DNA of 41,371 nucleotides from the IMG/VR virus record IMGVR_UViG_3300032233_001678, positions 1-41,371 of that record. One strand, written 5' to 3'. The position numbers and the translations under genes are program-made. Numbering within the stretch: the first letter of the stretch is position 1; every line of letters begins with the position of its first letter. Positions 18,718 through 29,358 of the stretch are shown here, piece after piece. A model generated the notes under the pieces. That model was not told the origin of the DNA. It saw only the letters and a list, made by a program, of their open reading frames with translations, and ran no database searches. The stretch is from a virus (taxonomy: Duplodnaviria > Caudoviricetes).

Positions 18718-19638
18718 ATGAAACAACACACTCTCTGGATTGAAAAATATAGATCAGAAAATTTAGAACAATACATCGGCAATGATGCAGTTAAAGCCCG
18801 CATCGCCGATTGTATTGCTTCGAACGATATACCCCATTTCATCTTCGCTGGTAGCGCAGGAACAGGTAAAACTACCCTCGCGAAGTTAATTGTTAAGAAT
18901 ATCCAATGTGATTATCTTTACATTAACGCCAGTGACGAGAATGGAATTGATATTATCAGAGATAAAGTAAAAGGATTTGCTTCTACATCTACATTCAAAC
19001 CACTTAAGGTTGTAATATTAGATGAGTCTGATTTCTTAACTCAACCTGCTCAAGCAGCACTTCGTAACTTAATTGAAGAATATTCAATGGTAACTCGATT
19101 TGTACTTACTTGTAACTACATTGAGCGTTTAATTGAACCACTACAATCACGTTGTGAAATTCATATTCTAAAACCACCAACTAAATCTGCTGTTGCAAAG
19201 CATATTTGTACTAACATTTTAGATGTTGAGGGTGTTACTTATGATATTAAAGATGTAGCTAAGATAATTAATGAACTATACCCTGACGTTAGATCGATCA
19301 TTAAAGTATTACAATCAAATGTTAAAGATAGTAAATTAACTATCACCACATTAGATGATAATTGGTGTAAACAATTAATTCAAATACTAATTAAACGCGA
19401 TAAAAATGCATGGTATCAAGTTAGGCAATTAGTAGCAGACGCGCAAGTAGATGATTTTCAAACCGCTTATCGCTATATGTTTGATCATATGCCTGAATTT
19501 AGTTACGGACACGATGCTGAATTATCAGTTATATTAGATGATTTCATCTGGAGAGCAGGTGTAGTACCTGATAAGGAAATTAACTTTGCAGCTGCAATAG
19601 CTAAAGTATTAGACACAAATAAAAAACAAGTAATATAA
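18718..19638 (+). CDS. clamp loader AAA+ subunit (RFC small subunit/gp44-like)
   Basis: LWIEKYR, GSAGTGKTT, INASDE, ILDESD, LQSRC. Confidence 0.95.
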   Translation: MKQHTLWIEKYRSENLEQYIGNDAVKARIADCIASNDIPHFIFAGSAGTGKTTLAKLIVKNIQCDYLYINASDENGIDIIRDKVKGFASTSTFKPLKVVILDESDFLTQPAQAALRNLIEEYSMVTRFVLTCNYIERLIEPLQSRCEIHILKPPTKSAVAKHICTNILDVEGVTYDIKDVAKIINELYPDVRSIIKVLQSNVKDSKLTITTLDDNWCKQLIQILIKRDKNAWYQVRQLVADAQVDDFQTAYRYMFDHMPEFSYGHDAELSVILDDFIWRAGVVPDKEINFAAAIAKVLDTNKKQVI

Positions 19639-19901
19639 TGAATTTAGAACAACAACAAGGACCACGAGTTGATATTTCAGCAACAACACCATTAGTGTGT
19701 GAGTGTGGAAACGAAACATTTAAAGAAGTAATGTACATGCGTAAGGAATCTAGATTAATGTCAGGTTTACCTACAGATAGATTAGTTCCTATTCAATTAA
19801 TTGCTTGTGCTAAATGTGGTGAATTAGTAGAAGACTTTATCCCAGCTCCACTACAACAATTATATGGTAAAAATTCATCTAGTGATGTGGAAATTCTTTA
19901 A
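19638..19901 (+). CDS. zinc-ribbon hypothetical protein
   Basis: CECG...CAKCG. Confidence 0.75.
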   Translation: MNLEQQQGPRVDISATTPLVCECGNETFKEVMYMRKESRLMSGLPTDRLVPIQLIACAKCGELVEDFIPAPLQQLYGKNSSSDVEIL

Positions 19902-19911
19902 AAAACGAAAA

Positions 19912-20130
19912 ATGGAATTAGAACAACTACAACAAGAAAATGAACAGTTAAAAGCACAGCTAACAGGTGTTGGATTTAACTTAAAAATAGCTGATGAACA
20001 ATTAGAGAAACAAAAAAGAGAAATTGAATATTTGCAATCAGAAATTAAAAATTTGAATGGGCAAGTTCAACAACTTAATATGTTAGGACAAGTGTCTCAA
20101 ACAAATAAAAACGATTCAAGAAACTACTAA
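19912..20130 (+). CDS. coiled-coil hypothetical protein
   Basis: Heptad-rich MELEQLQQENEQLK...; the start is uncertain (19885 or 19912). Confidence 0.65.
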   Translation: MELEQLQQENEQLKAQLTGVGFNLKIADEQLEKQKREIEYLQSEIKNLNGQVQQLNMLGQVSQTNKNDSRNY

Positions 20131-20504
20131 TGAATATATTTGATCATATTAAAAATATCACTACTAATAAGGGTGCTTACTTAGGTGACGAGGGTTGGAA
20201 TAATTGGATGATTAACCGTTTCTTAAGTATGGATCAAGATTACTGTGAAGTAGTTAATGTAGTTCAAAAGAATACTTGGCAAATGAAAGGTGAGTACCTA
20301 TACAATTTGTATAAGGATCTTATACCTAAACAATACAAGTATCTTAAATACATTAAGCCTAAAAATAAGAAAGAATATAAAGTCGAACAAGTAGAAGCCA
20401 TACAAGCATATTTTGAAGTATCTAAAAAAGAAGCTAAAGAATATATTGATATGCTACCTATAGAAGAAACTGAAAACATAACATTACAAATCAATGGTAA
20501 TTAA
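20130..20504 (+). CDS. clamp loader small subunit (gp62-like)
   Basis: IFDHIKNI..K, NWMINRFLSMD, YF.VSKKEAKEYI pattern, next to the gp44-like gene. Confidence 0.75.
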   Translation: MNIFDHIKNITTNKGAYLGDEGWNNWMINRFLSMDQDYCEVVNVVQKNTWQMKGEYLYNLYKDLIPKQYKYLKYIKPKNKKEYKVEQVEAIQAYFEVSKKEAKEYIDMLPIEETENITLQINGN

Positions 20505-20748
20505 AGAATATCACTACGTAGAAAACGAAAATGGAGAATTAATCCAATTAGACTCAGTTGTTAGTTCGGTTTTAAATCAATTTACAACAAGAGCTTTAAT
20601 GGGTAAGGCAAAGTACGGTGTTGACCTTGATCGCACAGATTTAACGTTGTTGGAGTGGATTGAACACGCCAAACAAGAACATATGGACGCTATTCTGTAT
20701 TTAGAAAAAATTAAACAAATAGCAAGTGGCGAAGAAAAAATCTACTGA
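20494..20748 (+). CDS. conserved phage hypothetical protein
   Basis: R...GKAKYG..LDR.DL...EWI.HA.QE.MD..LYLEK, an all-helical pattern possibly related to NTP pyrophosphatases. Confidence 0.7.
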   Translation: MVIKEYHYVENENGELIQLDSVVSSVLNQFTTRALMGKAKYGVDLDRTDLTLLEWIEHAKQEHMDAILYLEKIKQIASGEEKIY

Positions 20749-21670
20749 GATAGAACTTAAAATAAAAAATTATCAGAAACCTGAGATTAATCATGCATTT
20801 CAAAAAAGCGTGTCTTATTCTCAGTTTTCTATGTGGGCATCATGTCCTCATAAGTGGTATCTTACTTATGTAGAGAATAAACAGCCATACCAAGCTAGTA
20901 TTCATACTGTATTTGGAACTGCATTTCACGAAACAATACAAGACTATATTACAGTAATGTACAATGAAAGTGGGGCTGCTGCTGATAGAATGGACTTAAT
21001 AGCTCTATTCCAATCTAAATTCTCAGAAGTATATGCTAAGGAATATAAAGCAGCGGGTGCGCATTTCACTAATGCTGAGGAAATGGGTAATTTCTTTGAA
21101 GACGCAACAGCGATATTAAATTTCATTAAGAAAAACCGCAATAAACTATTTACTATACGCAAAATGCGCTTACTAGGTATAGAGATACCTTTATTGCTAA
21201 ATGTAGCTAATAACGTATTTTTAAAAGGTTTCATTGACTTCGTGCTATACGATGAAGAATTAGATAAAGTTTACATATATGATATCAAAACATCAACAAG
21301 AGGATGGAGCGACAGAGAAAAGAAAGATGATAGTAAAATTGCTCAAATCTTACTATACAAGGAGTACTTTTCAAAACAATTTGGGTTCGATGTTGAAAAA
21401 ATCGAAGTCGAATATTTTATCGTTAAACGAAAAATCTGGGAACAATCCGAGTACCCCACCCCTAGAACCCAGTCGTTTAAACCAGCAAGCGGAAAAAATA
21501 AGCGCAAGCAAGCAGTAGAAAATTTCCAATCATTTATTAAAGATTGTTTCGATGAAAGTGGTAAACCACAAGTAAAGTCGTACCTTAAAAATGTTGGTGA
21601 AAGCTCATGCAAATGGTGCCCTTATAAAGACTTACCAGAACTTTGCGACAAGATTGCTGTTTCTGCCTAA
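20726..21670 (+). CDS. PD-(D/E)xK Cas4/AddB-like exonuclease
   Basis: SYSQ...CP, FG.AFHE, GFID, DIKTS, Q..LY and C-terminal CKWCPY...C (Fe-S staple); GTG start. Confidence 0.85.
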   Translation: MAKKKSTEIELKIKNYQKPEINHAFQKSVSYSQFSMWASCPHKWYLTYVENKQPYQASIHTVFGTAFHETIQDYITVMYNESGAAADRMDLIALFQSKFSEVYAKEYKAAGAHFTNAEEMGNFFEDATAILNFIKKNRNKLFTIRKMRLLGIEIPLLLNVANNVFLKGFIDFVLYDEELDKVYIYDIKTSTRGWSDREKKDDSKIAQILLYKEYFSKQFGFDVEKIEVEYFIVKRKIWEQSEYPTPRTQSFKPASGKNKRKQAVENFQSFIKDCFDESGKPQVKSYLKNVGESSCKWCPYKDLPELCDKIAVSA

Positions 21671-21700
21671 TTATATATATTTATATCAAAATATATTATC

Positions 21701-21895
21701 ATGGCAAAAATGCAATTAACAAGCGTGAAAGTCCCTGAAGATTTATTTGAGCAATTTAAAATTGCATGCGTAAAGCACAAATTCAGCGTTCAAAAATTAA
21801 CAGAGCGCTGTATGTTCTTATACCTAACAAATGAAGAATTCAGAAAATCAGTTCACAATCAATTAGACACACAATTACCTCAAGAAACAGAGTAA
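21701..21895 (+). CDS. small ribbon-helix-helix-like DNA-binding protein
   Basis: LTSVKV...LFEQFK..C...SVQKL pattern. Confidence 0.6.
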   Translation: MAKMQLTSVKVPEDLFEQFKIACVKHKFSVQKLTERCMFLYLTNEEFRKSVHNQLDTQLPQETE

Positions 21896-21901
21896 AACGT
21901 T

Positions 21902-23362
21902 ATGAAAGAAGGTTATATTCCGCAAGAGCAACGCAAGAAAATTTTATTACTATGTGACGATATTCGAATGACAAGTGGTATTTCCACTATGGCAAGAGAA
22001 ATCGTCATTGGTACTTCACACCGATTCAATTGGGTGAATATTGGAGGAGCAATTACACACCCAGATAAGGGTAAAAGATTCGATCTTAATGATGACACAA
22101 ATAAAAATGCAGGTATTCCTGATGCTAGTGTTTATCTTTATCCTGTAGACGGCTATGGTAGTCCAGAATTAATCAGACAAATGATTGAAATGGAAAAACC
22201 AGATGCCCTAATGATGTTTACTGATCCAAGGTATTGGATTTGGTTATTTCAAATGGAACAAGAGATTAGGAAACAAATTCCTATTATCTATCTAAACATT
22301 TGGGATGACTTACCTTACCCAATGTATAATAAAGCTTATTATGAATCATGTGATGGATTATTAGCTATTAGCAAACAAACAGAAAACATCAATCGCTCAG
22401 TATTAGGACCAGAATTAGCAGCTGAAAAAGTTATTAAATACGTTCCTCACGGTATTAATGAAGAGTTTTTCTTCCCTATTACAACTGAAAATCCTGAATA
22501 CTTAGTATTACAAGACTTTAAAAAACGTCTATATGAAGAAAAAAATTACGATTTTACTTTACTATATAATGCGCGTAACATCCGTCGTAAATGCGTTCCT
22601 GATTTAATGTTAGCCTGGAAGATCTTTATCGACCAACTACCAAAAGAAAAACAGGATAAATGTGCTTTAGTATTACATACACAAAAACGTGATGAAAATG
22701 GTACCGATTTAGTAGCTGTAAAAGATATGTTATTCGGTAAATTACCTCAATACAATATCATATTCGATGAAAATAAGTATCCAACTAACATTATGAATTT
22801 ACTTTATAATGCTACTGATGGATGTGCTTTAATTTCATCAAACGAAGGTTGGGGATTATCATTAACAGAAGCAATGATGTGTGGTAAACCAATTATTGCT
22901 ACAGTAACAGGTGGAATGCAAGACCAAATGCGTTTTGAAGACGAAAATGGTGAGTGGATTAAATTCACTGAAGAATTCGGATCAAATCATAGAGGCAAAT
23001 ATAAAAAACATGGAGTTTGGGCTTACCCAGTATTCCCATCTAACATGTCATTAGTTGGATCTATACCTACACCTTATATCTTTGATGATAGAGCAGAACC
23101 ATTTGATATTGCTGAACAGATTAAATGTATGTATTTAGCTAAAACTGAAGTTCCTGATATGTTTAGTAGAATTGGAGAATTAGCTTATGAGTGGGTAACT
23201 TCAGACGAATCAATGATGTCAGCTAGATTAATGTCTAAAAACGTTATTGATGGTGTTGAAGAAACATTAGAGAAATTCCAACCTAGATATTCATTTGAGT
23301 TGATTAAAGTAGAACCACTTGAACAACCACTTCACTTTGTAAAAAACGTTATCGCAAAATAA
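21902..23362 (+). CDS. GT-B (GT4-like) glycosyltransferase
   Basis: VPHGI, RNIRRK, SSNEGWGLSLTEAMMCGKPII. Confidence 0.9.
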   Translation: MKEGYIPQEQRKKILLLCDDIRMTSGISTMAREIVIGTSHRFNWVNIGGAITHPDKGKRFDLNDDTNKNAGIPDASVYLYPVDGYGSPELIRQMIEMEKPDALMMFTDPRYWIWLFQMEQEIRKQIPIIYLNIWDDLPYPMYNKAYYESCDGLLAISKQTENINRSVLGPELAAEKVIKYVPHGINEEFFFPITTENPEYLVLQDFKKRLYEEKNYDFTLLYNARNIRRKCVPDLMLAWKIFIDQLPKEKQDKCALVLHTQKRDENGTDLVAVKDMLFGKLPQYNIIFDENKYPTNIMNLLYNATDGCALISSNEGWGLSLTEAMMCGKPIIATVTGGMQDQMRFEDENGEWIKFTEEFGSNHRGKYKKHGVWAYPVFPSNMSLVGSIPTPYIFDDRAEPFDIAEQIKCMYLAKTEVPDMFSRIGELAYEWVTSDESMMSARLMSKNVIDGVEETLEKFQPRYSFELIKVEPLEQPLHFVKNVIAK

Positions 23363-23363
23363 T

Positions 23364-24668
23364 ATGAAACCATTATTCGTTATAAGCTGCCCTTTAGATA
23401 CATTTTCTGGCTATGGAGCTAGAAGTAGAGATATAGTATTATCAATCATTAAATCAGATAAATACGATGTTAAAGTATTATCTCAAAGATGGGGAAATAC
23501 ACCATTCGGATTCCTACAACAAGACAATTCCGATCATAAATTAATGTTGGATGCTATCTTAAAGGATCAAAAGCTACCAAAACAACCAGACATTTGGATG
23601 CAAATTACAGTACCAAATGAGTTCCAACCAGTAGGAAAATATAATATTGGAGTTACAGCAGGTATTGAAACAACACTATGTGCTGCACCTTGGATTGAAG
23701 GTTTAAATAGAATGAATCTAAACTTAGTATCTTCAGAACACGCTAAAAAGGTATTTGAAGATTCTAAATTTGAAAGACGTAACCAACAAACACAACAAGT
23801 AGAAGGTATCGTTGAATTAAAAGCACCAGTAGAAGTATTATTTGAAGGTGCTGATTTAAGCAAGTATAAAATTATAAATTTACCTTCTGATAGTGAAATA
23901 TTAGAGGTATTAAACGGTATATCTGAAACATTCTGTTATCTATTCATTGGACATTGGATTAAGGGTGATTTTGGAGAAGACAGAAAAGATATTTCTGGAT
24001 TAATACATACATTCCTTACTACATTTAAAGGTCAAAAATTACGCCCTGCTTTAATTATTAAAACATCTAGTGCAACTTCATCTGTAATGGATAGAGAAGA
24101 AATACTAGTTAAGATTAGAGCGATTGAAGAAGCAGTAGGTGGTGATTTACCAAGTATCTACTTATTACATGGTGATTTAACTGATGAAGAAATAAATGAA
24201 CTGTATAACCACCCAAAAGTAAAGGCATTCGTGTCATTTACTAAAGGTGAAGGATTCGGTCGCCCATTACTTGAAGCATCATTAATGCAAAAACCAGTTA
24301 TTGCAAGTGGATGGAGTGGACACGTTGATTTCCTAGATAAAGATATGTCTTACCTATTACCAGGGGAATTAAAACCACTACACCATTCAGCTGTAGTACC
24401 TGAAATGTTACTTGCTGAATCTCAATGGTTTACTGTTGATTATAAGAAAGGATCTGAAGTATTAGTAGATATTTATAAGAACTATAAAAAATACATTGAT
24501 GGAGCAAAGAAACAATCGTATCGTTCACGTACTGAATTTAGCTTAGATAAAATGTCTGAAAAATTAATCAGCATGTTAGAAAGTAAAATACCAGTTCAAG
24601 TACAGCTTAAAATGCCTAGTTTGAAAAAAATTGAATTACCTAAAATGAAAAAATTAGATGACAAATAA
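23364..24668 (+). CDS. GT-B (GT4-like) glycosyltransferase
   Basis: SGYGARSRD, DRKDI, KGEGFGRPLLEA, SGWSGHVDF. Confidence 0.9.
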   Translation: MKPLFVISCPLDTFSGYGARSRDIVLSIIKSDKYDVKVLSQRWGNTPFGFLQQDNSDHKLMLDAILKDQKLPKQPDIWMQITVPNEFQPVGKYNIGVTAGIETTLCAAPWIEGLNRMNLNLVSSEHAKKVFEDSKFERRNQQTQQVEGIVELKAPVEVLFEGADLSKYKIINLPSDSEILEVLNGISETFCYLFIGHWIKGDFGEDRKDISGLIHTFLTTFKGQKLRPALIIKTSSATSSVMDREEILVKIRAIEEAVGGDLPSIYLLHGDLTDEEINELYNHPKVKAFVSFTKGEGFGRPLLEASLMQKPVIASGWSGHVDFLDKDMSYLLPGELKPLHHSAVVPEMLLAESQWFTVDYKKGSEVLVDIYKNYKKYIDGAKKQSYRSRTEFSLDKMSEKLISMLESKIPVQVQLKMPSLKKIELPKMKKLDDK

Positions 24669-24861
24669 AGAATTTATAATCTGGCTTAAAGGATTTACAG
24701 AAGGCGTTCATGATTTTAATATCACCCCAAAACAGTGGGATTTATTAAAAGAGAAACTAGCTGAAGTAAGTGATGAATCTCGTAATACAATAGCGTACTA
24801 CTCTAAAGATGGTAGGCCCCTTTGGTATACAAACACAAATCAAAATTTAGATAATGATTAA
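24658..24861 (+). CDS. hypothetical protein
   Basis: Translationally coupled ORF with EFIIWLKGF...PKQWD. Confidence 0.65.
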   Translation: MTNKEFIIWLKGFTEGVHDFNITPKQWDLLKEKLAEVSDESRNTIAYYSKDGRPLWYTNTNQNLDND

Positions 24862-25252
24862 CGAAAAATTAACGATATGCCCTAGATGCGGTAGTGACGC
24901 TTGTCATGAAGCATCAAATGAAAAGCTCACAGTATGGAGTTGTTTTGGATGTGGGTTTACAGCTAATTCCACATTAACTACAGATAAATTAGAAGAAGTA
25001 GAAGTAGTAATGCCTCAATTATATAAAGATATTAGGTTTATGGATGAACAAGGATATTATTGGTATCCTAGCACAGTAATGTTAGAAGACAAATCAATGG
25101 CATTTGTTGATGGTAAATCCATTACTGAATGGAAATGGGCTGGCGTTCAATCTAAAGACGGTAAGGCTGATATGACTACTGTAAAATACTTTGAAGAAAA
25201 AGACTTTATGGAAGCCCTAGATTATATAGGCTTCTTTGAAAAACAAAAATAA
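24854..25252 (+). CDS. zinc-ribbon hypothetical protein
   Basis: CPRCGSDAC...CFGCGF. Confidence 0.7.
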   Translation: MINEKLTICPRCGSDACHEASNEKLTVWSCFGCGFTANSTLTTDKLEEVEVVMPQLYKDIRFMDEQGYYWYPSTVMLEDKSMAFVDGKSITEWKWAGVQSKDGKADMTTVKYFEEKDFMEALDYIGFFEKQK

Positions 25253-25257
25253 AATTT

Positions 25258-25899
25258 ATGACAATCAGTTACGCTATTCTAACTCACAACGAAGGTGAGT
25301 ATATTGAAACACTACTTACATTCCTTACTAAATACAAACGTAATGAAGATGAAATTGTAGTTGTTGATGACTTTAGTGATGATGAATTAACTAAATCAGT
25401 ATTAGATAAATACAAAGACCAAATTACATTGCAGTATAGAGTATTCGATGGTGATGCTACTCAGAAAAATTACTTAAACAGTCTATGTACTAAAGATTAT
25501 ATTCTACAACTAGACGCTGATGAATTAATTGATTTACAGCTTTTAAACATGTTACCTAATTTATTAGAATTAAATGATACTGTAGATTTATTCATTATGC
25601 CTCGTATTAATACAGTTGAGGGATTAACTCAAGAATATATTAATAGATGGAGATGGAATGTAAACGAAAAAGGATGGGTTAATTTTCCTGATTGGCAGAT
25701 GAGATTGTATCGTAATTGCAGTTGGGTTAAATGGGATGGTCTATTACACAGTAAAATAGAAGGTTATAAAACATTTATTAATTTACCTCAAGATGAATTA
25801 TTCTGTATTCTTCATCCTAAACAATTAGATCGTCAGGTAGCTCAAAATAATCTATACGACAAAATAGAACAAACAGGAAGAACTAAATATAAAGTATAA
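25258..25899 (+). CDS. GT2-family glycosyltransferase
   Basis: ILTHNE, EIVVVDD.SDD, QLDADE, PDWQ.RLYRN. Confidence 0.88.
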   Translation: MTISYAILTHNEGEYIETLLTFLTKYKRNEDEIVVVDDFSDDELTKSVLDKYKDQITLQYRVFDGDATQKNYLNSLCTKDYILQLDADELIDLQLLNMLPNLLELNDTVDLFIMPRINTVEGLTQEYINRWRWNVNEKGWVNFPDWQMRLYRNCSWVKWDGLLHSKIEGYKTFINLPQDELFCILHPKQLDRQVAQNNLYDKIEQTGRTKYKV

Positions 25900-26654
25900 T
25901 GATACCTAATCAATTTCATTTTGTATTTGGCCTGAAAGAAGACTTTGGAGGTAAACCCTTCAATATACTTCATTATCTAGCAATCAAATCAGCTTATGAC
26001 TTAAATAAGCCGGATGCTATGTATTTTTACTACACATACGAACCAAGCGGAGAATATTGGGATAAATCAAAACCATACTTAACATTAGTACAAGTAGAGG
26101 CTCCAACTGAAATATTTGGTAATCCTATTACTCACGTTGCTCATAAAGCAGATATTATACGCTTACAAGCGTTATATGAGAATGGAGGTATCTATATGGA
26201 TATGGATACTATTTGTGTTAAGTCATTTGAACCACTACTAAAAGAAAAAACAGTATTAGGTATTCAAGGACATGGAAATACACCCACAATGGCTTATGGT
26301 TTATGTAATGCAATTATATTAGCAGAACCTGGAAGTGAATTTATTGAACATTGGTTATCTCAATATATTGATTTTAATAGCAGCTATTGGGACTCACATT
26401 CAGTACAATTACCATTATACTTAAGTCAAACAACAACTTTACCCCTCACAACATTACCCTATAATGCATTTCATTATCCGTTATACACACCAGAGGGGGT
26501 AGATGATTTATTTAAACATAATAAAGAATATCCTGAAGCATATGCACATCACCTTTGGGAAAGCAACTCTTGGTCGTATATTCAATTATTGACAGAAGAT
26601 TATATAAAAACAAAAGACACAACTTACAATAAAATAGCAAGACAATTTATATGA
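25899..26654 (+). CDS. GT32 (DXD, Och1/A4GalT-like) glycosyltransferase
   Basis: MIPNQFHF, ADIIRL..LY..GGIYMDMD, CNAII.A.P. Confidence 0.88.
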   Translation: MIPNQFHFVFGLKEDFGGKPFNILHYLAIKSAYDLNKPDAMYFYYTYEPSGEYWDKSKPYLTLVQVEAPTEIFGNPITHVAHKADIIRLQALYENGGIYMDMDTICVKSFEPLLKEKTVLGIQGHGNTPTMAYGLCNAIILAEPGSEFIEHWLSQYIDFNSSYWDSHSVQLPLYLSQTTTLPLTTLPYNAFHYPLYTPEGVDDLFKHNKEYPEAYAHHLWESNSWSYIQLLTEDYIKTKDTTYNKIARQFI

Positions 26655-27709
26655 AAACAGCACTAGTATTAGGAGCAGGTGGGTTCATTGGCTCCCATCT
26701 CGTTAAACGATTGAAATCAGAAGGATTTTGGGTTCGTGGAGTAGATTTAAAACGTCCTGAGTTTGAAGAAACAGCAGCAGACGATTTCTTACTTTATGAT
26801 TTACGTGATCCTAAAAATGTAGAAGCAGCAATGCGATTAGAAGGATATAATGGTCATCCATTACCTTGTAAGTATTTACCTTATCCCTTCTCTGAAAGCT
26901 TACAATTTGATGAAGTATATCAGTTAGCAGCCGATATGGGAGGTGCTGGTTATATTTTTACAGGTAACAATGATGCAAATGTAATGCATAATTCAGCTTT
27001 AGTTAACTTAAATGTTGCTCATGAAGCTGTTAAGCAAAAAGTTAAACGTGTATTCTACAGCTCATCTGCCTGTATGTACCCTGAGCATAATCAATTAGAT
27101 CCAAATAATCCAAATTGTGAGGAATCAAGTGCATATCCTGCAAACCCAGATTCAGAATACGGCTGGGAAAAGCTGTTTAGCGAGCGTTTATTCTTAGCAT
27201 TCAATAGAAATTATAAGCTAGATGTTCGTGTAGCTAGATTCCATAACATTTTCGGTCCACAAGGTACTTGGAAAGGTGGTAAGGAAAAGGCACCAGCAGC
27301 AATGTGTCGTAAGGCCGCTGAAACTGAAGATGGTGGTACTATCGAAGTATGGGGTGATGGTCAACAAACACGTTCATTCTTATTCATTGACGAGTGTGTA
27401 GATGCAGTATTACGTTTAATGAGACAAGAAGAATTTATAGGACCTGTTAATATTGGTTCTGAAGAAATGGTTACTATCAATAAATTAGCTGAATTAGCTA
27501 TTGCTGCTTCAGGCAAAAACATTACTATCAAAAATATTGATGGTGAAGAATTTGAAGCAAAATACGGTTTCAAATGCCCAACAGGAGTAAGAGGTCGAAA
27601 TTCAGATAATACCTTATATAAAGATAAAATTGGATCTGATGTATATTATCCTCTAGATAAAGGTGTACAACAAACATTTCAGTGGATTAATAAACAAGTA
27701 AGTAAATAA
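26651..27709 (+). CDS. NAD-dependent epimerase, GDP-mannose 3,5-epimerase-like
   Basis: GAGGFIGSH, LAADMGGAGYI, YSSSAC.YPE, YGWEKL, GGKEKAPAAMCRK, GVRGRNSDN. Confidence 0.88.
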   Translation: MKTALVLGAGGFIGSHLVKRLKSEGFWVRGVDLKRPEFEETAADDFLLYDLRDPKNVEAAMRLEGYNGHPLPCKYLPYPFSESLQFDEVYQLAADMGGAGYIFTGNNDANVMHNSALVNLNVAHEAVKQKVKRVFYSSSACMYPEHNQLDPNNPNCEESSAYPANPDSEYGWEKLFSERLFLAFNRNYKLDVRVARFHNIFGPQGTWKGGKEKAPAAMCRKAAETEDGGTIEVWGDGQQTRSFLFIDECVDAVLRLMRQEEFIGPVNIGSEEMVTINKLAELAIAASGKNITIKNIDGEEFEAKYGFKCPTGVRGRNSDNTLYKDKIGSDVYYPLDKGVQQTFQWINKQVSK

Positions 27710-27710
27710 T

Positions 27711-28427
27711 ATGGTTTCTGAGTGGCTACAATTAAATGATATTGTTATTGGAACTCTTGACAATATGGAATATCCTATCATCAACGTAGTTGATGTAGGG
27801 GTAAACCAAGGTCAAATGAAACAATTCTTAGATTTATATCTTAAAACACCATCATTCTTCATAGGCATAGAACCAAATACAGAATTAACTCAAACTAACA
27901 AATATGATGTAATGTTTGATTATGCTATAGATGATGTTGAATCTCCTGAAAAAAGAATATTCTATATCAATGAAGATTCAGATTGTAGCTCTTTACTAAA
28001 AATGAAAGACGATATTATTACGCACGATATAAACGAACGTAATAATGAAGATAAATGGTATATTCCTCGCAATATTAATAATATTAAAGAAAGTAAAGAG
28101 GTTACTGTTACATCGTTAAAAAATATTCTAGATACTATCCCTAAATTTCAAACTGAGTTAATTCACTTATTAAAAGTGGATGTACAAGGCGTTGATATTA
28201 GAGTAATAAAAAGTATGAAAGAATACTTAAACAATACTATATTCGTAATGGTTGAAATCGTTACGAGCAAAAATAAGGACGTAGTATTATATGAAGGACA
28301 AACAGCAATAGAGGATGATGTTAAAACAATGGATGAATTAGGATTTTCACCTTACCATATCATTGATTACGCTCCAACACCAGAAGCAGACATAATTTTT
28401 ATAAATAAAAAATACATAAATGAATAA
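27711..28427 (+). CDS. FkbM-family methyltransferase
   Basis: VDVGVNQG, IEP, SSLL, LLKVDVQG. Confidence 0.8.
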   Translation: MVSEWLQLNDIVIGTLDNMEYPIINVVDVGVNQGQMKQFLDLYLKTPSFFIGIEPNTELTQTNKYDVMFDYAIDDVESPEKRIFYINEDSDCSSLLKMKDDIITHDINERNNEDKWYIPRNINNIKESKEVTVTSLKNILDTIPKFQTELIHLLKVDVQGVDIRVIKSMKEYLNNTIFVMVEIVTSKNKDVVLYEGQTAIEDDVKTMDELGFSPYHIIDYAPTPEADIIFINKKYINE

Positions 28428-29358
28428 ATTTATAGTTACAACAACAATTAATCAACCAACAGAAGCAACTCGTAAATTTGCTAGTATAGCAATGCGTGAT
28501 GAATGGACATTTGTAATAGTAGGTGATACTAAAACACCACATGAAGACTACCAAACATTGGCTAGAGCATTTCACCCATATGTAGTCTACTTACACCCAG
28601 ATAAGCAAGCTGAAATGTATCCTGAATTAAGTGAAATTATAGGGTGGAAAACAATTCAACGTCGTAACATTGGGTTTGTTTATGCTTATAATGAAGGTGC
28701 TGAAATAGTAGCTACAGTTGATGATGATAACATTCCATATGAAAATTGGGGAACGGATTTATATGTTGGTAAGGAAGTAGAAGTAGATTATTACTCACCT
28801 GAAATGGATGTATTTGATCCATTATCAGTAACTAACTATCCTAATCTATGGCATAGAGGTTATCCAATTGACTACTTACAAAAACGAGATAGAGTTGAAT
28901 ATAAAGGTAAAAAAACTATTATACCATTAATTCAAGCTGATTTATGGGATGGCGATCCTGATATAGATGCTATGTGTAGATTAACATTCAAACCAGTTTG
29001 TAAATTTAATACTACAAGACCATTTGCATCAGATAAACCATCTCCATTTAACTCACAAAACACATTCATACACAGAGACGCTTTAAAGCACTATGCAGTA
29101 TGGCCTTATGTAGGTAGAATGGATGATATTTGGGGTGGATATCACACTCAAAAAATGATTGGTGCTGATAAATTAATCTATAATAGAGCATCAGTCTATC
29201 AAGATAGAAATGTTCAAGATTTAATTACTAATTTAGAAAAAGAAATCATTGGATATAGACACACATTAGCTGAAGTACAAGGTTATTATGTAGGTACAAA
29301 CCATCGCCCAGAAGAAACAGAAAAATTCTTAAAAATATATTTCAAATATTTCAAATAA
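28420..29358 (+). CDS. STELLO/DUF288-like (GT75/RGP-related) protein
   Basis: IVTTTINQPT, VIVGDTKTP, RRNIGFVYAY..GA, VDDDN, WHRGYP, DGDPDIDA, PFNSQNT, RMDDIW. Confidence 0.75.
   Translation: MNKFIVTTTINQPTEATRKFASIAMRDEWTFVIVGDTKTPHEDYQTLARAFHPYVVYLHPDKQAEMYPELSEIIGWKTIQRRNIGFVYAYNEGAEIVATVDDDNIPYENWGTDLYVGKEVEVDYYSPEMDVFDPLSVTNYPNLWHRGYPIDYLQKRDRVEYKGKKTIIPLIQADLWDGDPDIDAMCRLTFKPVCKFNTTRPFASDKPSPFNSQNTFIHRDALKHYAVWPYVGRMDDIWGGYHTQKMIGADKLIYNRASVYQDRNVQDLITNLEKEIIGYRHTLAEVQGYYVGTNHRPEETEKFLKIYFKYFK

Noticed and set aside
20726-21670. Cas4-like nuclease as evidence for CRISPR-Cas
   Set aside because: No repeat-spacer array or other cas genes are visible, and solo Cas4-like nucleases are common in phage replication modules.
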